NCBI GenBank assembly: GCA_012295275.1
Contig: CM022672.1
Span: forward strand, 3,844,001-3,908,000
Length of the DNA stretch: 64,000 nt
Origin: Chrysomallon squamiferum
Taxonomy: Eukaryota; Animalia; Mollusca
Reading direction: 5' to 3'
In this document: positions 43,337-57,850 of the stretch, in pieces
How the letters are laid out: the number at the start of each line of letters is the position of its first letter
Numbering within the stretch: position 1 is the stretch's first letter
The notes under the pieces: model-generated
What the model saw: the letters and a program-made list of their open reading frames with translations, nothing else
Told to the model about the DNA's origin: nothing
Database searches by the model: none
Program-made: the position numbers and the translations under genes

Positions 43337-44459
43337 TTTGTTACGAGCAGAACGATAACCGAAGAAGGTGAAATCGCATCACGCAATGAGTCAGCGTAAT
43401 AGGGGGCGCTTCGATCGCAGTGGACATGTCAAAAGCAGACGACATTTTTACACATTGTAAGCACACGGCAACTGACAAGGCGTTAAAAGCTTTTTTTTGG
43501 CTCTTTCTCTTTCTCGGCATTTCTACGAGGCAATCTCATTAAAATTAGAAAACAAAAAATAGCTGATGATAAATAATTTAAGCTGCTACTAAACTGAAAC
43601 AAATTTAATTTATAAAAGAAAGAAAGAAAAAAATAATTCTAAAAATAATAACAGCATGAAATAAAACAAGCTGAAATGATGAATTTATGTACTTGTACAT
43701 ATGATGTTGATATGTGTGTACGTACGTATTTGTGTATTTAAGTATGTGTATGTATGTACAAATAAATGTGTGTGTGTGTGTGTGTGTACGTGTGTATGAT
43801 GCGTACATTTGGAGATTTCTAAGTACATATACGTAGTTACAGCAGGACAAAGAACTAGAATAAACGACCATGTATATTATTAAGATGTTGGAACAACTTC
43901 CATACGTCATGTCTAAAGCAGCGGTCTAACACTATAGGTCAATATCTTAGTGTCCAGCGATTCCATCCACCAAAGACCTGCCTCACTGACCAGCGGTCAT
44001 CGTTATTGTTAACACTCTGAGTCACGATCAAAACAACGGCATCATTTTCCATTAGCGAATTATTTAGTTGCGTAACCGTTGTTTTCGAGTAACCAAATAT
44101 CGCTATCGTGAAGACTAATAATTTTAAGCTAGGCCAGTTTGTAAGAATTATTTAAGATAAGCGATAGATTAATATCTGTAAATGTGTACACAATTTCATA
44201 GTTAATTAGAGATAAGGAAACGGATGAGTTAAGTAATTGGGTGCAATGGGTTTGTTTCTGATGGTGGAAAGATACGTTATCGTGCATGGCGAGCGAATCA
44301 CCGTCAGTTCCCGTAATCCTGTGATTGTTTATATTTTCATGTCATTGATGTTCGCGATTTAGAAACATAAACATAACATGCTTTATTACCGGAATATAAA
44401 ATGTTCTTTCTCTTCGAGTGATTTTGGTTGCGTCCTGGTAACTGCCACGAGTGAAGCTA

Positions 44460-44550
<91 letters not shown>

Positions 44551-44594
44551 TATTTTTCGTTTCTTTTTTTTTTTTCAATTTTTAAAAAATTATT

Positions 44595-44626
<32 letters not shown>

Positions 44627-45986
44627 TTATTTTAATTAATTTTTTTACCTTTTATATATATATAAATCCTTTTTTTTTCTTTCTTATTCTTTCCTTCTTT
44701 AGGTTTTTTCTTTCTTCTTTTCTTTGTTTTTTTTTTTTTTTTTTTCAAATCTTGTTAAAATTATTTATTAAGTTTGTTTTGGTTGTTGTTCTGGTTCGCT
44801 AGAAAAGAAATGTTTACGACGACTTCAGCACACATGTTGCATAGTTGGAAAGTAATATACAACCTTTTTTAGAAAAACGTTAAAATAAAATAAAAATCAT
44901 GTCTCGGATGAAAAAACGAATAAGTGACTGATGAAAACTGTACAACAAGCTCAATGCATCCCTTTCCCTGTTGGCCAATTGGGCGTTACAAGCTTGAGTG
45001 TTATTTTGCAGTAATGACGAGTCGGTTTAATAGCAGGGCTTTTTTGCGGATCCTCATTGGACGAATTTAGCCAAAACACATGAATCTTTCAATGACAACA
45101 CGATTCTTTCCCTTTCTTTTTTTTTTTTTTTTTTTTTTATTTTTTCTTTTTTTTTTTTTCTCTGTGCCGCCACACACGCGAAACGGTTGTACGCGCTAAT
45201 GTCCATGTAATTGTCTTTATGCTTTATGAATTATCTGCCGGGAAAACACGGAGCACTAACATGTATTTTAATGAAGTGCGGAGTCGTTAAATGGCCGTAC
45301 GCCGTGCGCTCTGCGGCAGTGCGCGCGTTATTTACGACCCGACTCGAGTGTTATTTGCTTATGTAGAGTACATAAAAGTATTAAACTCTCTTCGCCTGTT
45401 ATTCCCCACAGTTTAGGACCTCATAATTCGCCATTATTGATCCCGCTCCCTCTGTGACAAAACAGACCGGGCACGTTTCGCAGAAGCCGTACAGGTTTCT
45501 GTAATAACATGAGTAACAAAGACCAATGCATCGGGACGTTTTTAATCAATCATCGTCTATTAACGTTGTTCTGCCTGCACTGGCAAGGGAACGGGATGGT
45601 ATAGACATTTGAAATGATTGTTTTAAATCAGCTGGGTAAAGCGGTATTGTTCTCATAATGTAAATACTGTTATAAACTGTTTAAATTGTAATGTTGTTGC
45701 CCAGTGAATTAATAGAAAACAAATTCCCGACAAATTGTAACTAAATAATTAATTTAATTAATTAATAAGGTTGTGTAGTTAAGTGATGGTGTAGTACAGT
45801 AGCATGATTATAAAAACATTACTAAAAGAAATTTTTTTTTTTTTTTTTTTCTTTCTAATGGTTATAGGAAAATATTAGGGTTTTTTTTTTTTTTTTTATT
45901 AAACATAAAGAAATCGTTATTGCTTTGAAGAGTGATTCATTTTTATTTATTTAAATTCATAATTTTAATTTTTTAATTTACTTATC

Positions 45987-46038
<52 letters not shown>

Positions 46039-47170
46039 TTTTATTATTAATTGTTTTATTTATTTTTTTTTTTTTTTTTTTTTAATTGTTGTAGTTATTA
46101 TAGATTTAACCAAATATATCAAAAAAAAAAAAACCCACTAATATTAAGCTACATTTTAGCAGGAGGTACGAAAAGCTTCCACTATTAATCTGTATATATC
46201 CTTTGTATCTTTTTTACCTCTTGACAAGGACTTATGGAGCGGGGGAAGGAGAAGAAGGTGATATGGAAGTTAAAAAAAAAATCCCTACGGTTCAGTGGCT
46301 ATGTTCACGCCTATCATTTTTATGATTTATTAACTCAGTTCCCTGTCGGTTTACCAGTTTCAGTTTATACATGTAAACGCGTCAGTAGCAATTGTTGTGT
46401 ACGATTGACCTAATCTGTCACAGCGGGGCCAAAAAAAAAAAAAAAAAAAAACGCTAATAGATTTATTCCGGTACTTATGTAAAGGTGCATTACAGTAATT
46501 TACAAATGTTGACTTAATTAAGCCGGTGTGAATAGTAAAACTTCAGTTCATTCAAACATGAAATAAACGCTGTATACATCGCTCGCATTTCACCGTGACA
46601 TGATAATACGATAATTGGGTTGGGGGGGGGACGTCGTGTGACACGCGGACAACGTAAACAGCGGACGACGTTCGTGCCAGTTAGGATGGGTGTGGGCGAT
46701 AATCGCTTTGGCATGCTTCCATCAGAGAACTGTTCAAGCATGTGTTTCGTGGACTGAGACTGTGAGTTTTCGTGAACGTTCTGACCAGGGCAGGCTAAAC
46801 TCCTTAAGGAGATAATTAATTTATGAATTGTTAAGCTCTTTTGTTTAGAAGAGCTCCCTCCACCTTATCACACCGAGAAAGAAATGATGTCTTTTCTTCC
46901 ATCCTTTCGTATATTTTTCAGTCCGTTCTTTCTTTCTTTCTTTCTTTCCCCCCCTTTTTTCTGTTCAACTGTCTTATTACTATTCCTATAGTTGTTCCGC
47001 CATTTATTCAGCAAATCATTTGAAATAGCAAGAAAAGAGTAAAAAAAATGGTTTTCATCAAAATTTTGAATATAATTATATTTCCCTTGGTCCATGAATT
47101 TTTCAGTAGTAATTATAGACTTCATCATTAGCTTGAAATGTTTTAAGAAAGTATTATAAATTTAAAAACA

Positions 47171-48420
47171 AAGACGAACATAGAAGCAGAGGTGAGATAA
47201 CTACGTATTTAGAGGTGGCAAGATAAATATTGAGGGTGTTGCCATTGTTCGGTCGGAAGTCTGTTTACACCTGTAATTAACTCCACTTTGTTACTTGCTG
47301 CGATAGTTCGCCGAGGCCACTTTGAATTCTAACCATCTTATTTTACGAATATATTTCTTCCTCAATTTTCTTCTTCTTCTTCTTCTTCTTCTTCTTCTTC
47401 TTCTTCTTCTTCTTCTTCTTCATGTTGTTCACTGTGTAAGGTAAAATACTATAAAAGTTTTCATTTGTCTGTTTTACTTAAAATACCATGTCAGTTTGTG
47501 TATATTTTGAAGAATTTTACTATCAGTGTTTTAAAGCTATGCTGATTATATTATTAAATTAAAGGATGTTACTACTACGGTTGTCATCATTAAGGCTGAT
47601 ACAATTATATCTCTGTGTATGTATATGTGTGTTTATTTGTTTATATGTACAGTACAGTATAGTATATTATAATTTAGTATTACATTCTGTCGTATTTCAA
47701 CAACAAAAAAGAATTATATGGTTATCGTTATAACCGTTATTACTAATAGTAATAATAAGTATACTACGTTTAATAATAATTATACTACATTTAATAATAA
47801 TTATACTACGTTTAATAATATACTTATCGTGTCGATAAATTACCCCCGACTTCGAGCTTAATAGCATCATATTGGTCTAATTAATCCATTACAAAATAGC
47901 ACAAATCCCCTTGACAATGTATTGTTCCGAAACAGCCGAGTTCTTTGCACCTGAATGCTCTCTTTCATATGATGGAATTTAATTGTGTTCTGCTTACAAA
48001 GTCGCTAATAGACTGAAACTCTTCAAGTAGCAATCATCTGATTGCAGTTGACATCTTTTTAATATTTTGTTGTTACATTTCCAGCTTTTTTCTTATCAGT
48101 TTTGTTGTTGTTAGAGATAATACAAAAGAGGGGTTTGGGGGAGGGTGTTTTCAAAGACGACCACAGAAGCAGAGGTGAGATAAGTAAGTATTTAGAGGTG
48201 GCAGGAAAACTGCCGAGGTGTTGGTATTGTTCACGTAGATGAAGTCGACTTAGGTTGCTAATTAGGTCCATTTATTATTTTGTGCCTTACTCGCTGGATC
48301 CACTTTTGAATTCTAGTATCAAACAAGGGTTTAGCCAAACAAGAAACATTCAACAGTTCTGCAGGTATGTTAAATTATTCCTAATTTGAATAATGTCAGT
48401 GTTTCATACTGAAATTTTAA
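47171..48420 (+). repeat. Direct duplication with an about 160-bp conserved core, offset 983 bp
   Basis: aagacga(a/c)ca(t/c)agaagcagaggtgagataa...gtatttagaggtggca...attgttc...tttgaattcta at 47171 and 48154. Confidence 0.9.
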
Positions 48421-48887
48421 CAGTAACCCAGACTACATACTTGATGTATTTTATTTTATTCATAAAGACATTCTTTATTTATTATTTTTATCAAAATTAT
48501 TGGGGTTTTTTTGTTTTGTTTTTTCTTTCTGCACGGTTTTTTCCTTTTCACCTTTCCATTTCCTGTCGTTTTTGTCTTCTTTTTTCCACCGTGTCATTTT
48601 AGCTTTAAATAAAACCAAGACAGTGTAAACAAACATTCGTTTCTGCAGTAAAAATTTAATTTTCCATTTGTTAAGTTCAGCTTTGTGGAACATTCGCATA
48701 AATCGCAACAGTTAAAGCAGAATAAATTATATGATGTGTTTAGCGAAGTGAAGATGTTGAACAAAAACATAATTTGTATGTTTAACTAAACGCTCAGTGT
48801 GGTTATCATATGGGAATTAAAATAAGCAAAGAAAAACAAAATTGTTCAGTATTTAAAATAGTGAATAGAAATTAAGCATTGCCTTTA

Positions 48888-48975
<88 letters not shown>

Positions 48976-50114
48976 GTTTTTTATCTCGTTCATCCTCGTC
49001 TGGTTTCCCATTAGACATTCAAAAAAGAACCCTGATAATATATAGGGGTCTGTTTTATACAACTAAACCAGGCCAAGATCCTTTTTAAAAAATGATGGTA
49101 ATAACAACAAACGTTTAATCCAGCTCTTTACCTATTTAAATTTGTCAAAAATAATTTAAATACTGATATTTAATAATATATATATATTAATAAACAAAAA
49201 TAAAGAAATAAAGAAAAAAATAAATAGATATTTTGCATTGTCTTATTTATTTATATTTTTTGTACTTATTATTTTGTTTGATTTATTATTTTATGATAAA
49301 AAAAAATTCCGTTATTTTTATTTCTATTTTTATTTTATATTATTATTATGTATACATGTTTAAATATCCAAAAGCCTGGAAACAGATCGTTTTAAATTAT
49401 GCACGACACACACAGTTTAGAATGTGACCCAAGGGTATGTTGCTGTACAGCAATATCCCGCAGGACTTCGTAGAATTTGAACATCAATCATTATGATTTA
49501 TTCGTTGCCCATCACACCCCACCCTTCAAAACCTCTCTCTGCGACGTGGCTGGTGTTACCACAGACCGGTTGTTGTGGTTGTTGTTGTTGTGGTTGTTTT
49601 ACTTTTTTTTTTTTTTACCCCTGACTACAGCCACACGGGTTTTCATCGGTTAACAATAGCGTGTGGCGGAACTTTTTTCTCACGCAGTGTACCACTGTAA
49701 ACTTAGAAAATGATCTGTAGGGCGGATCCAAAGTTTCCGAAAAAGGTGTCATTGTTGTACTTATGTGTGCGATAACATTACTAATAGTGTGTTTTACGAT
49801 CACTGCTATTACTACTGCTAACCTCGTGTGTTAGTTTTGTTAGTTAGAGGATGGATTTTTAGTTATTTATTTATTTTATATCGGACGTCCAAAAAAATAA
49901 TTACAGGGACGGACGTCGGTTGCATTCCGTGGATTCGCGCCCGTGATGAACGGGTGCAGTCTTTCATTTCCCAGAGAAACAGGAGGTCAGTGTTAGTAAA
50001 CACGTTTAACGTGTCCCTTTGATGTTTGCCGACAAATATACACAACCCCTCAATCTGATGAAACCGAAGCCCTCCCATTTATCAAAGGTATGCAAGATTG
50101 CAGTCTGGTTCGCG

Positions 50115-50329
50115 ATGGCAGACCATTCGGGTCATGATTCAGAAACGTAAAACACTTGCACAACGCGATAATTATTGTTCACGCATAAATAAAAACAACG
50201 ATAAACACATATGTAGCTGATGGGAAATTATGTGGTGAGTTTTATTCGCATTCCGTGAGTGTACAATTAAAATATGCATGTATAATTCAGTTAGTAAGTG
50301 TGTGAGTTATGACCCGAACGGCCGACCAT
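50115..50329. mobile_element. Imperfect foldback / MITE-like palindrome
   Basis: Left ATGGCAGACCATTCGGGTCATGATTCA versus reverse complement of right ATGGTCGGCCGTTCGGGTCATAACTCA. Weaker pairing continues inward for about 100 bp per arm. Confidence 0.6.
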
Positions 50330-51789
50330 ATCCATAGTTTTTACCAGCCGTGATGCTGTTTGGGCGTTTGTTAATAATATACGAGCATGTTGAGACGTTC
50401 CCGACTACGACCACTCGACACTTCATTAAAAATTGAACAGTTAATTAATTGTTATATCTGGAGGCAGGGGAGAGAGACAGAAACAGAAGCTAGGCTGATT
50501 TAATTATATGTCTCCACAGTACCGATAAAATAATAGATGCGTAAAAATTACATATATTTTTATTTATTGTTTTAAAAAAAAAAAAAAAAAAAAAAACAAA
50601 TTAAACGAAATCACATTATTGGACAACAGCTACGTTTCTGATTATGCTAATAAAATGATAATTTAAAAATACGTTTACAGATTAAGATTTAACAGAATTT
50701 ATTATTATTATTGTTGTTGTTTTTGTTATTTATTTATATTATTATTATTATTGTTTTTGTTATTGTTATTATTATTATTATTTTAATATTTTTTTATTTT
50801 CGTTTGGGGGAAGAGGCATCATTACTCTTTATTATTCAGATTTACAAATTATACACATTAATTTATTTAAAAAAAAAAAAATTCATGGAAGGGCGCTTAT
50901 ATTTAATTTCATCAAATTGTTCAGACTGTGTAACATTATTTTATAAAATTTTGACAGTTAGTTATCAAGCGGGTAATTTGTGAACGGTTCCATCACAGAA
51001 TATTCTAACATTGCATCTACTGTAGTGAACAACCCGCAGTCTATACCAGTAATTTATCTCGTTTATTGTTTTTATTTACTTTTTATTTATTTATTCATTC
51101 ATTCATTCATTCATTTTTCCGCTGCAACTGTAATTCATATAATTACTTAATTCAATGCTCTTACTCAAATACCATTCATTACCCCAACCCCATGTCACAG
51201 AAAACCACTTAGACAGGTGGTTTCAAATAATTACAAAACAAGTTCAGCATTCATAAAGAAGAAAACTAAATTTATATATATATATCCCAGAAATTTTATC
51301 TTCCATGTTTTTTATTATATATATATATATATATTTTTTTTTTACCGCTTTCTGCGAATGGCACGTGCATTTTCGTCTGTCACTCAAACGTAGGAGCGAG
51401 CTGTCTCGCGTTTACTCTCAAAATATCTCCAGTGAGGAAAATAATTCGACCAGTTTTTGAAAGTTCAGGTACATAGGTTTAGTTCTCTGGTTTGTCCAGG
51501 AAACAGTGAAAAGCGGCAGAAAAATGAGGCAACGAAGAAGAAGAAGAAGACTGAGCGGTTTCCTAGTTTCGGCGAGAATAATCGTTTTGGTTAACGTCTA
51601 ACGTTTCAATTCGCAAATCAGCCGAGACAAGAGTACTTCAGGCTTCTTTTAACACGGTGTGGAAACAATTTGTAAAAAAATATGAATTTTGAAGCCTGCG
51701 ATACACAACCAATTTCGACCCCTGCAGTTAACAAATGAAGAAAGATACATGTCGCCAAGTTCGGAATGGTTGAATGATAGGAAAAAGAG

Positions 51790-51865
51790 AGAGCGAGCGG
51801 GTCCCCTTTACTCTCTGATTGGCTGATCTACTACGTCTGACGTCACGTGGTCAGGGTCAAATGGA
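51790..51865 (+). promoter_or_regulatory. Proximal promoter of the signal-peptide gene
   Basis: Inverted CCAAT (ATTGG 51818-51822), a full CRE TGACGTCA (51838-51845) overlapping an E-box CACGTG (51844-51849), then GGTCAGGGTCA. The site is CpG-rich and lies just before the CpG-poor region. Confidence 0.65.
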
Positions 51866-51869
51866 TGGT

Positions 51870-52109
51870 TCGTCTAAGCTGTGACAACAAGCAGCATGCT
51901 GGGTTTTTCACTAGTTATGTACTGACTGTGTACGTCGAAAGACCGTTGTAGCGCGATGCGTGGACATTTTGTGTTAAAACTCCTGAAATGCGGGTTGAAG
52001 TGTGTCAGGGGCTAACTTTGTGTGCAGCGAGGACTTGGAGTGTATTTTGTATGTGTCAGAAATGTGTTACTTTGTTCCAATAGAATCGGAACCAGTATTA
52101 CATTTGCAG
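51870..52109 (+). other. Candidate non-coding exon 1 (5' UTR)
   Basis: Follows the promoter and ends at the donor GCAG|GTATCT (52109/52110). The start is approximate. Confidence 0.5.
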
Positions 52110-53662
52110 GTATCTATGGTTACATTTTATATTATTATTACTGTCATTTTAGGTCTCCAAGGAAACGTTTTCAGTGACACGTTTAGTTTAGACACATTGT
52201 AATATATTTTATACATAAGCTAATTCAAATTGCCATTATCGTTACTATTGTTATTAAAATACTGGTTACATTTGTATGTCGTATACTTTCGTCAAACGCG
52301 ACTATTCAACCGAACGAACATTTTTACCACGTTTCTTAAGTAAATGCGCTGTTGCGATTTAAAATAGCCATTTTGGAAAGATGATTTTGTGACTAATTTT
52401 TTTTTTTTAATTTTTAATTATTATTATTATTTGTATTATTATTTGTATTTTAAATATTTGAGGATATTTGGATTTTCTGTTTATTTTGGGACAGTTTTCT
52501 TTTATTTTTACTTCATACATCAAACAATGGATATTTTGTTTCATTATTGTTCGCAGGATATTTTAAGAATCCTTTATTTTTCTCCATATTTAAAAATTCG
52601 AAAATGGTCTTAAATTTTATAATTTTAATTATAATACCTACTTCAGTGTGTTAATTAATCTGCTTTATATTATTAACAATTATTTATATCATTTAAGTAT
52701 GAGGTGTTACTCTCAATTATAATCACCTTCTTAGTCTAAACAGCTAACAGTGTTATGTAATCATAACAAAAGCTCTTTAGTAAAATGGTCATCAAGACAA
52801 AGTAAATTTACATCATAATACACATTTTTCAGTTTTGTTATTCCTCACCTTAACTGCTGAAATGTAATGCTATTAATAATTCAGCTTTTAAGAAGTTTTT
52901 TCTCAGTTAAAAATGAATGTTTTAATTTGTTATTGTTTTCTTTCTTTTGGGCATTTTCTTTTTCTTGGATTTTTAAAGAATAAAATTAAAAAAATAATAA
53001 AATTAAAAATATATACTTGTATATTTTAATATTATTTATAAATTAAAAATAAAAACATTTAATAATCACTTGATGTAGTTTGTTCTTTTTGATTATTTTA
53101 TCGTTTTAGATATATATCATACTTTTAGCTATCATACTTAAATAATTACATTTTTTGCACCACATTTTATGAATTGTAAATTTATATCATAATAACTGAA
53201 ACTTTAGATTTTGTTTTGTTATGCTATATTACTTGATTGCTTGTTGATTTCAGAATATGTATTTTATTATTAGTGCACTTTTCGGGTTATTATTGGGTTT
53301 TAAAAAATAAATTTTCCATTTTATTTGAGTTTGTATGTGTGGGGGGGGGCTGTTCAACATTTCTAAACCCTATTGTTAATTTGCATCAAAATATATTTGT
53401 CAGTACAGATAGGTGCCATTGCAAAAAAACAAAAAACAACTCAAAACAACAGTATAAAGGTGCAGCATCACCATGTCATTTCATTGTAATTTGTGTTTTG
53501 TGTTTCATACCAGCTGTTTCATGTTTATGTTGAGTATATCATATGGATTCCCAGCATATCGGATTCTGAACTTTTGTATTACATAAATTAACAATTCTTT
53601 AACATACTCAATGTTAATTTTTTGTTTATTTTTTTTTTTTTTCTTCTTCAGATAAAGTCGCG

Positions 53663-53723
53663 ATGGCCTGCTGGTGGATTGTACTGCTGGTCTTACTAAC
53701 TACGACAGTTTCCTCAGCTAGTG
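53663..53723 (+). CDS. First coding exon of a secreted or membrane protein: signal peptide MACWWIVLLVLLTTTVSSAS, phase-1 intron
   Basis: Acceptor (t)n-cttcttcag| at 53651, 11 nt of UTR, Kozak-like GCGATGG, a hydrophobic core followed by small residues, and a consensus donor G|GTGAGT at 53724. Confidence 0.8.
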
Positions 53724-54591
53724 GTGAGTCTTGTTTCCTGTTATAAAATTTCATCTTGCAGTAAGCGATCTCCAACAAAGACCAGCGTTATCATTCATTG
53801 TATTCCGTGACAGACAGTAATATCATGGATGCCTGCTTTACACCCCTAAATCTTGAGTTAGTATAGTAACATAATCTTTCTGAAAAAGGAAGGGAGAGAA
53901 AAAAAAATAAAGAGAGAAAAAAAAGAAGTCTGAATTGGCAAGATTCAGACATTGTTAACTGTCATGCATGAGTGATTTCTGATTAGCGGTGGATAGTAGA
54001 CCTGTCACAGGGGTTTGTGTTCACTTCTCCTCTGTTTTCCTGGCTGGCTCACAAAGAGTGATATGTATACACCAGTTATTACACGTGTAAATATGAAGTA
54101 TGAGGTGTATGTCACAAGTAGAATAATGACATTCTTTTAAGTTTTCATTTACTGCAGAATATAATTTTCATTTATTTATTTTTTGCATTAAATTTTCACA
54201 TTAAAAAAAATTAATAATATAACAAAATAAAATAAAATAAAATAAAATAAAATAAAATAAAATAAAATAAAATAAAATAAAATAAAATAAATAAATATTT
54301 TAAATTAAAAATAAAAATTTAAGTATCTCCAGATATATATTATATTTTTTTTTTTTGGGAAGACAATTTTTAAAATGATGCAGTAGATTAATTTAACACA
54401 AATATAGTAATAATATCTTGTTAAAAAGCAAAAAGAAAAAACACTGTGATTATTTATATTATATATTTGTGTGGGTACATACATGCATGTAGTTAGTTAT
54501 GTGTGTGTGATGTTTTGTATATATGTACAGACTATAATCTATTAGTAAGAGTAGTTACCAATGTTACTCACACACACATATACACACACAT

Positions 54592-54630
<39 letters not shown>

Positions 54631-56463
54631 CAAAGAAATAAAACTTACATGTTAATATATATATATATTAAACTTACATTTAGTATATTATAATTCATAC
54701 CATATAAACACATACTACACTGCATATTCTTAAGTGAACATTACAAAACTACACCACACAAACTGTGTGATAAGAGCTAAAAGTACATGCTGTAGATTTA
54801 TAAATGTTCTGTGGTCCAGCCTCATTGTTGATTATTGTTTGTGCCGAAAGTTTGCTTGCCAAGAATGCTTTGCTGTTTGTCTACCACGAGCTGTATTTGA
54901 ACTTTTTACGTCAGTAGCCTGGGTACCATGGAATGCCCTGCCGTGAAGTAGGGCATCGTCAAGTGGTGATACCACACCGTGACACTGGTAACAGGGAAAG
55001 TGTGGCTGTAAGTTATGGCCTGCAGATTGGCATATTTTATGAGCTCTTATGTAATGGAAGTGGTGAAAAGCTCATAAGGTGATAAGTGTCTTGACAGATA
55101 TTCCCGTGATCCTCTGTTTTTATTGTCGCTGTAGAGTCCTGGCTGTGTTATTCATACTTGGAGACATTGTTTTAATTGTTTTAATTGTTCGTAATTTGGC
55201 AGCAGGTGGGGTGGGAGGGAGTCATGTTTTCTTTAAAATATTTTCATTATCTTATTATTATTATTATTATTATTACTTGTACAGCTATTATTATTATTAC
55301 AGTTCCAGTTATTACTGTTAACTATCATCATTGTTATTGTGTTTTTTTAATTAGTATAATTTATTTTTATTTTTGTTTTTATTTTTATATTTATATTTAT
55401 ATTTATATTTATATTTATTTTTATTTTTATTTTTATTTTTATTTTTATTTTTATTTTTATTTTTATTTTTATTTTTATTTAAGCCAATATTGCAAAATAA
55501 ATTTTATTAGATATGTTCAGTATGTTAAATTAAAAATAATATTAAAAAATAAAATCAGTTAGGAATGGGAAAAATATACATTTACATATCTTATTAATAA
55601 CATTCAGCAGCACTTGTAATTAAATATTCCTTACTGTTGCTTCACTTTGATCTTCTCACTGAACAATACAAACATATATATTGTGTGCTATAATACAAAT
55701 ATATCACAGCCAAAAGGCAATACAGAGAAATAACAACATATATATATATATTATATGTATACATGTCAAATATTGTATATCCAGAAGCTTAACTAAATCC
55801 GGATGATTTTTTTTTTTTTTTCCTTCTTCTTTCTTTATTAAAATTCTTGTAGAACAAGCATATCTTTTCATCACCCTTTTTTAATATAGATATAATTACT
55901 TGTTCACATCTTTTCAGACTTTTTTCATTTTTCGTTTTCACTGTTACAACTATTCATATCATACAGAATAGACCTAATTCTTTTTCTTTTTTTCCTATTT
56001 TGCCTGCCGATTCTTTCATTCACACACACACACACAAAAGGAAAGCAGAATTTAATCCGATGTTTGTAATCACATGAAAGAGCCTTTCATAGCTGCACCT
56101 GTGTGCAATGCACTTCTTATAGCACTCAGCTAAAGGTTGCCAGTGACCATGGGGACACAAAATTGAAAAATAATAATGTCCGACTTTGTTGTGTTTTCTT
56201 TCATGCATGCTTATTGAAATATGACTTTGATTAGCTCGGAGAACCTTTTCACTTCATGAATCCCGTGTTTGTATGAAAAGCCTTTATTCTGGGGGTGTAT
56301 TGACAGCATTTCACTGTCATTCATCGCCTGTAGAAAGCTTTTCGCTCGCTTATTCATACTCGCTGTGTTGCCTTCAGTTTTTGGTGTAATGCCGAGCGAG
56401 AGTGTGTGTGATGCTTTTATTTATTTTCTTTTTGTGTTTTTCTCCCTCTTTCTGTATTTTCAG

Positions 56464-56481
56464 TGTTAGGAGAGCACTACA
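56464..56481 (+). CDS. Candidate 18-nt microexon, (V)LGEHY, phase 1-1
   Basis: About 50-nt AG-free pyrimidine tract ending ttttcag|, an open frame in register with the ATG exon, and a weak donor CA|GTTTGT. Confidence 0.4.
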
Positions 56482-57049
56482 GTTTGTTTATTTTACAATT
56501 TTTTTTATTATTCTTTTATGAAAATTCGTTGACAGCTGATATTAAAAAGATAAAATTGGAATGAAACTATTGTTTGGGGTATTAATTACATTTTTTATTT
56601 TTTTATTTTCAAGATCTAAAAGTTGTTATGAATTTTACGAATATTAAAACATATCAATTTCAGTTTTTTGTATAAATGATAATTAATAATAATTACTGGT
56701 GATAGTAGTAGCAGCAACAATAGCATTTCAAAAATTAAAATTAATGCAACACTCACACACACACACACACATGCTCAAAAAACAACATGTACACACCAAC
56801 ACATGCATTTTTAAGAATAAAAATATCTCCAGATGCACCATGGAGTTCCCAGCAGGTAGTTTTAAGTGAGGAAAAGTCAATCAATTAATTCATTGTGTTT
56901 CTCTTTAGCATTGTCATTGCCATTGTGGCCAACTTTCCATTTACAGATTACCTGGACAAAGCACACCTGGAAAGAAATTTCCTGCTGAAATTGATTGTAT
57001 TGTTCTTTTCAATAATGTCCAGTTTAATGTTGATACTGACTGGGTATTA

Positions 57050-57340
57050 TAGCAGTGTGACTGGCCACTGGTCAGTGTTAATATTTTACCAGTGTGACTA
57101 GACACTGTTTGTGTCGCTAAATGATGGTCATTGTTAGTATAATAGCTGTATATATAGACACTGGTCAGTGTTAGTATTGCACCTATATGACTGGACATTG
57201 GTCAGTGTTAATATTGCACCTATATGACTGGACATTGGTCAGTGTCAATATTGCACCTATATGACTGGACATTGGTCAGTGTTAATATTATACCTACATG
57301 ATTAGGCACTGTTAATATTGTCCCTGTATCACTGCATTCT
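57050..57340. repeat. 37-bp minisatellite
   Basis: ACTGGACATTGGTCAGTGTTAATATTGCACCTATATG at 57190, 57227 and 57264, with diverged flanking copies. Confidence 0.9.
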
Positions 57341-57780
57341 GATCATTAACCAGTTTTAATTTCACACAGTGATATACAGATTGTATGTCACACAATAGCA
57401 TAAAGGCTTTGCCACTTGGTGATATTTTAACTCTGAATATTTAAAAATTAATAAAGGTAAGGATGGGAGTATATTCAAAATTAATAAAGGTAACGATGGG
57501 AGAAAGAAAGGTCATCTTATTTATGTTGGTGCTACTCATGTTTTATGCAATAACATAAATATAAAAATCTGTATTTCATCTAACACAGTTAGTAATTAAA
57601 TTAGAAACAAACAAAAAAAGCAGTTTTGAACTGTTTTTAAGATAAACCCTAGAGACCATTTTTCTTTTCTACAGTCATCCTTTGGCATTACAATTAAGAG
57701 GTCATTACCCTTTTTTGCAGCAGGTAAAACACCCAGGTGAGAACAAATGGGCAGGTTGTTGTTCAGGTGTAAAGTCAACA

Positions 57781-57850
57781 CTAGCCTGGTAGAAAGTACT
57801 TGCTAAGTACAGGGTAATCTCCAGGGGTTAAGCCCCTCGGTGGTCCTGTG
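57781..57850 (+). mobile_element. Decayed tRNA-derived SINE head
   Basis: A-box-like TAGCCTGGTAG and B-box-like GGTTAAGCCCC, with no intact cloverleaf. Confidence 0.4.

Noticed and set aside
56947-56996. Possible exon DYLDKAHLERNFLLKLI after tttacag
   Set aside because: No convincing phase-compatible donor.
57781-57850. tRNA gene
   Set aside because: Only A-box and B-box remnants, with no cloverleaf. It is treated as a SINE head.
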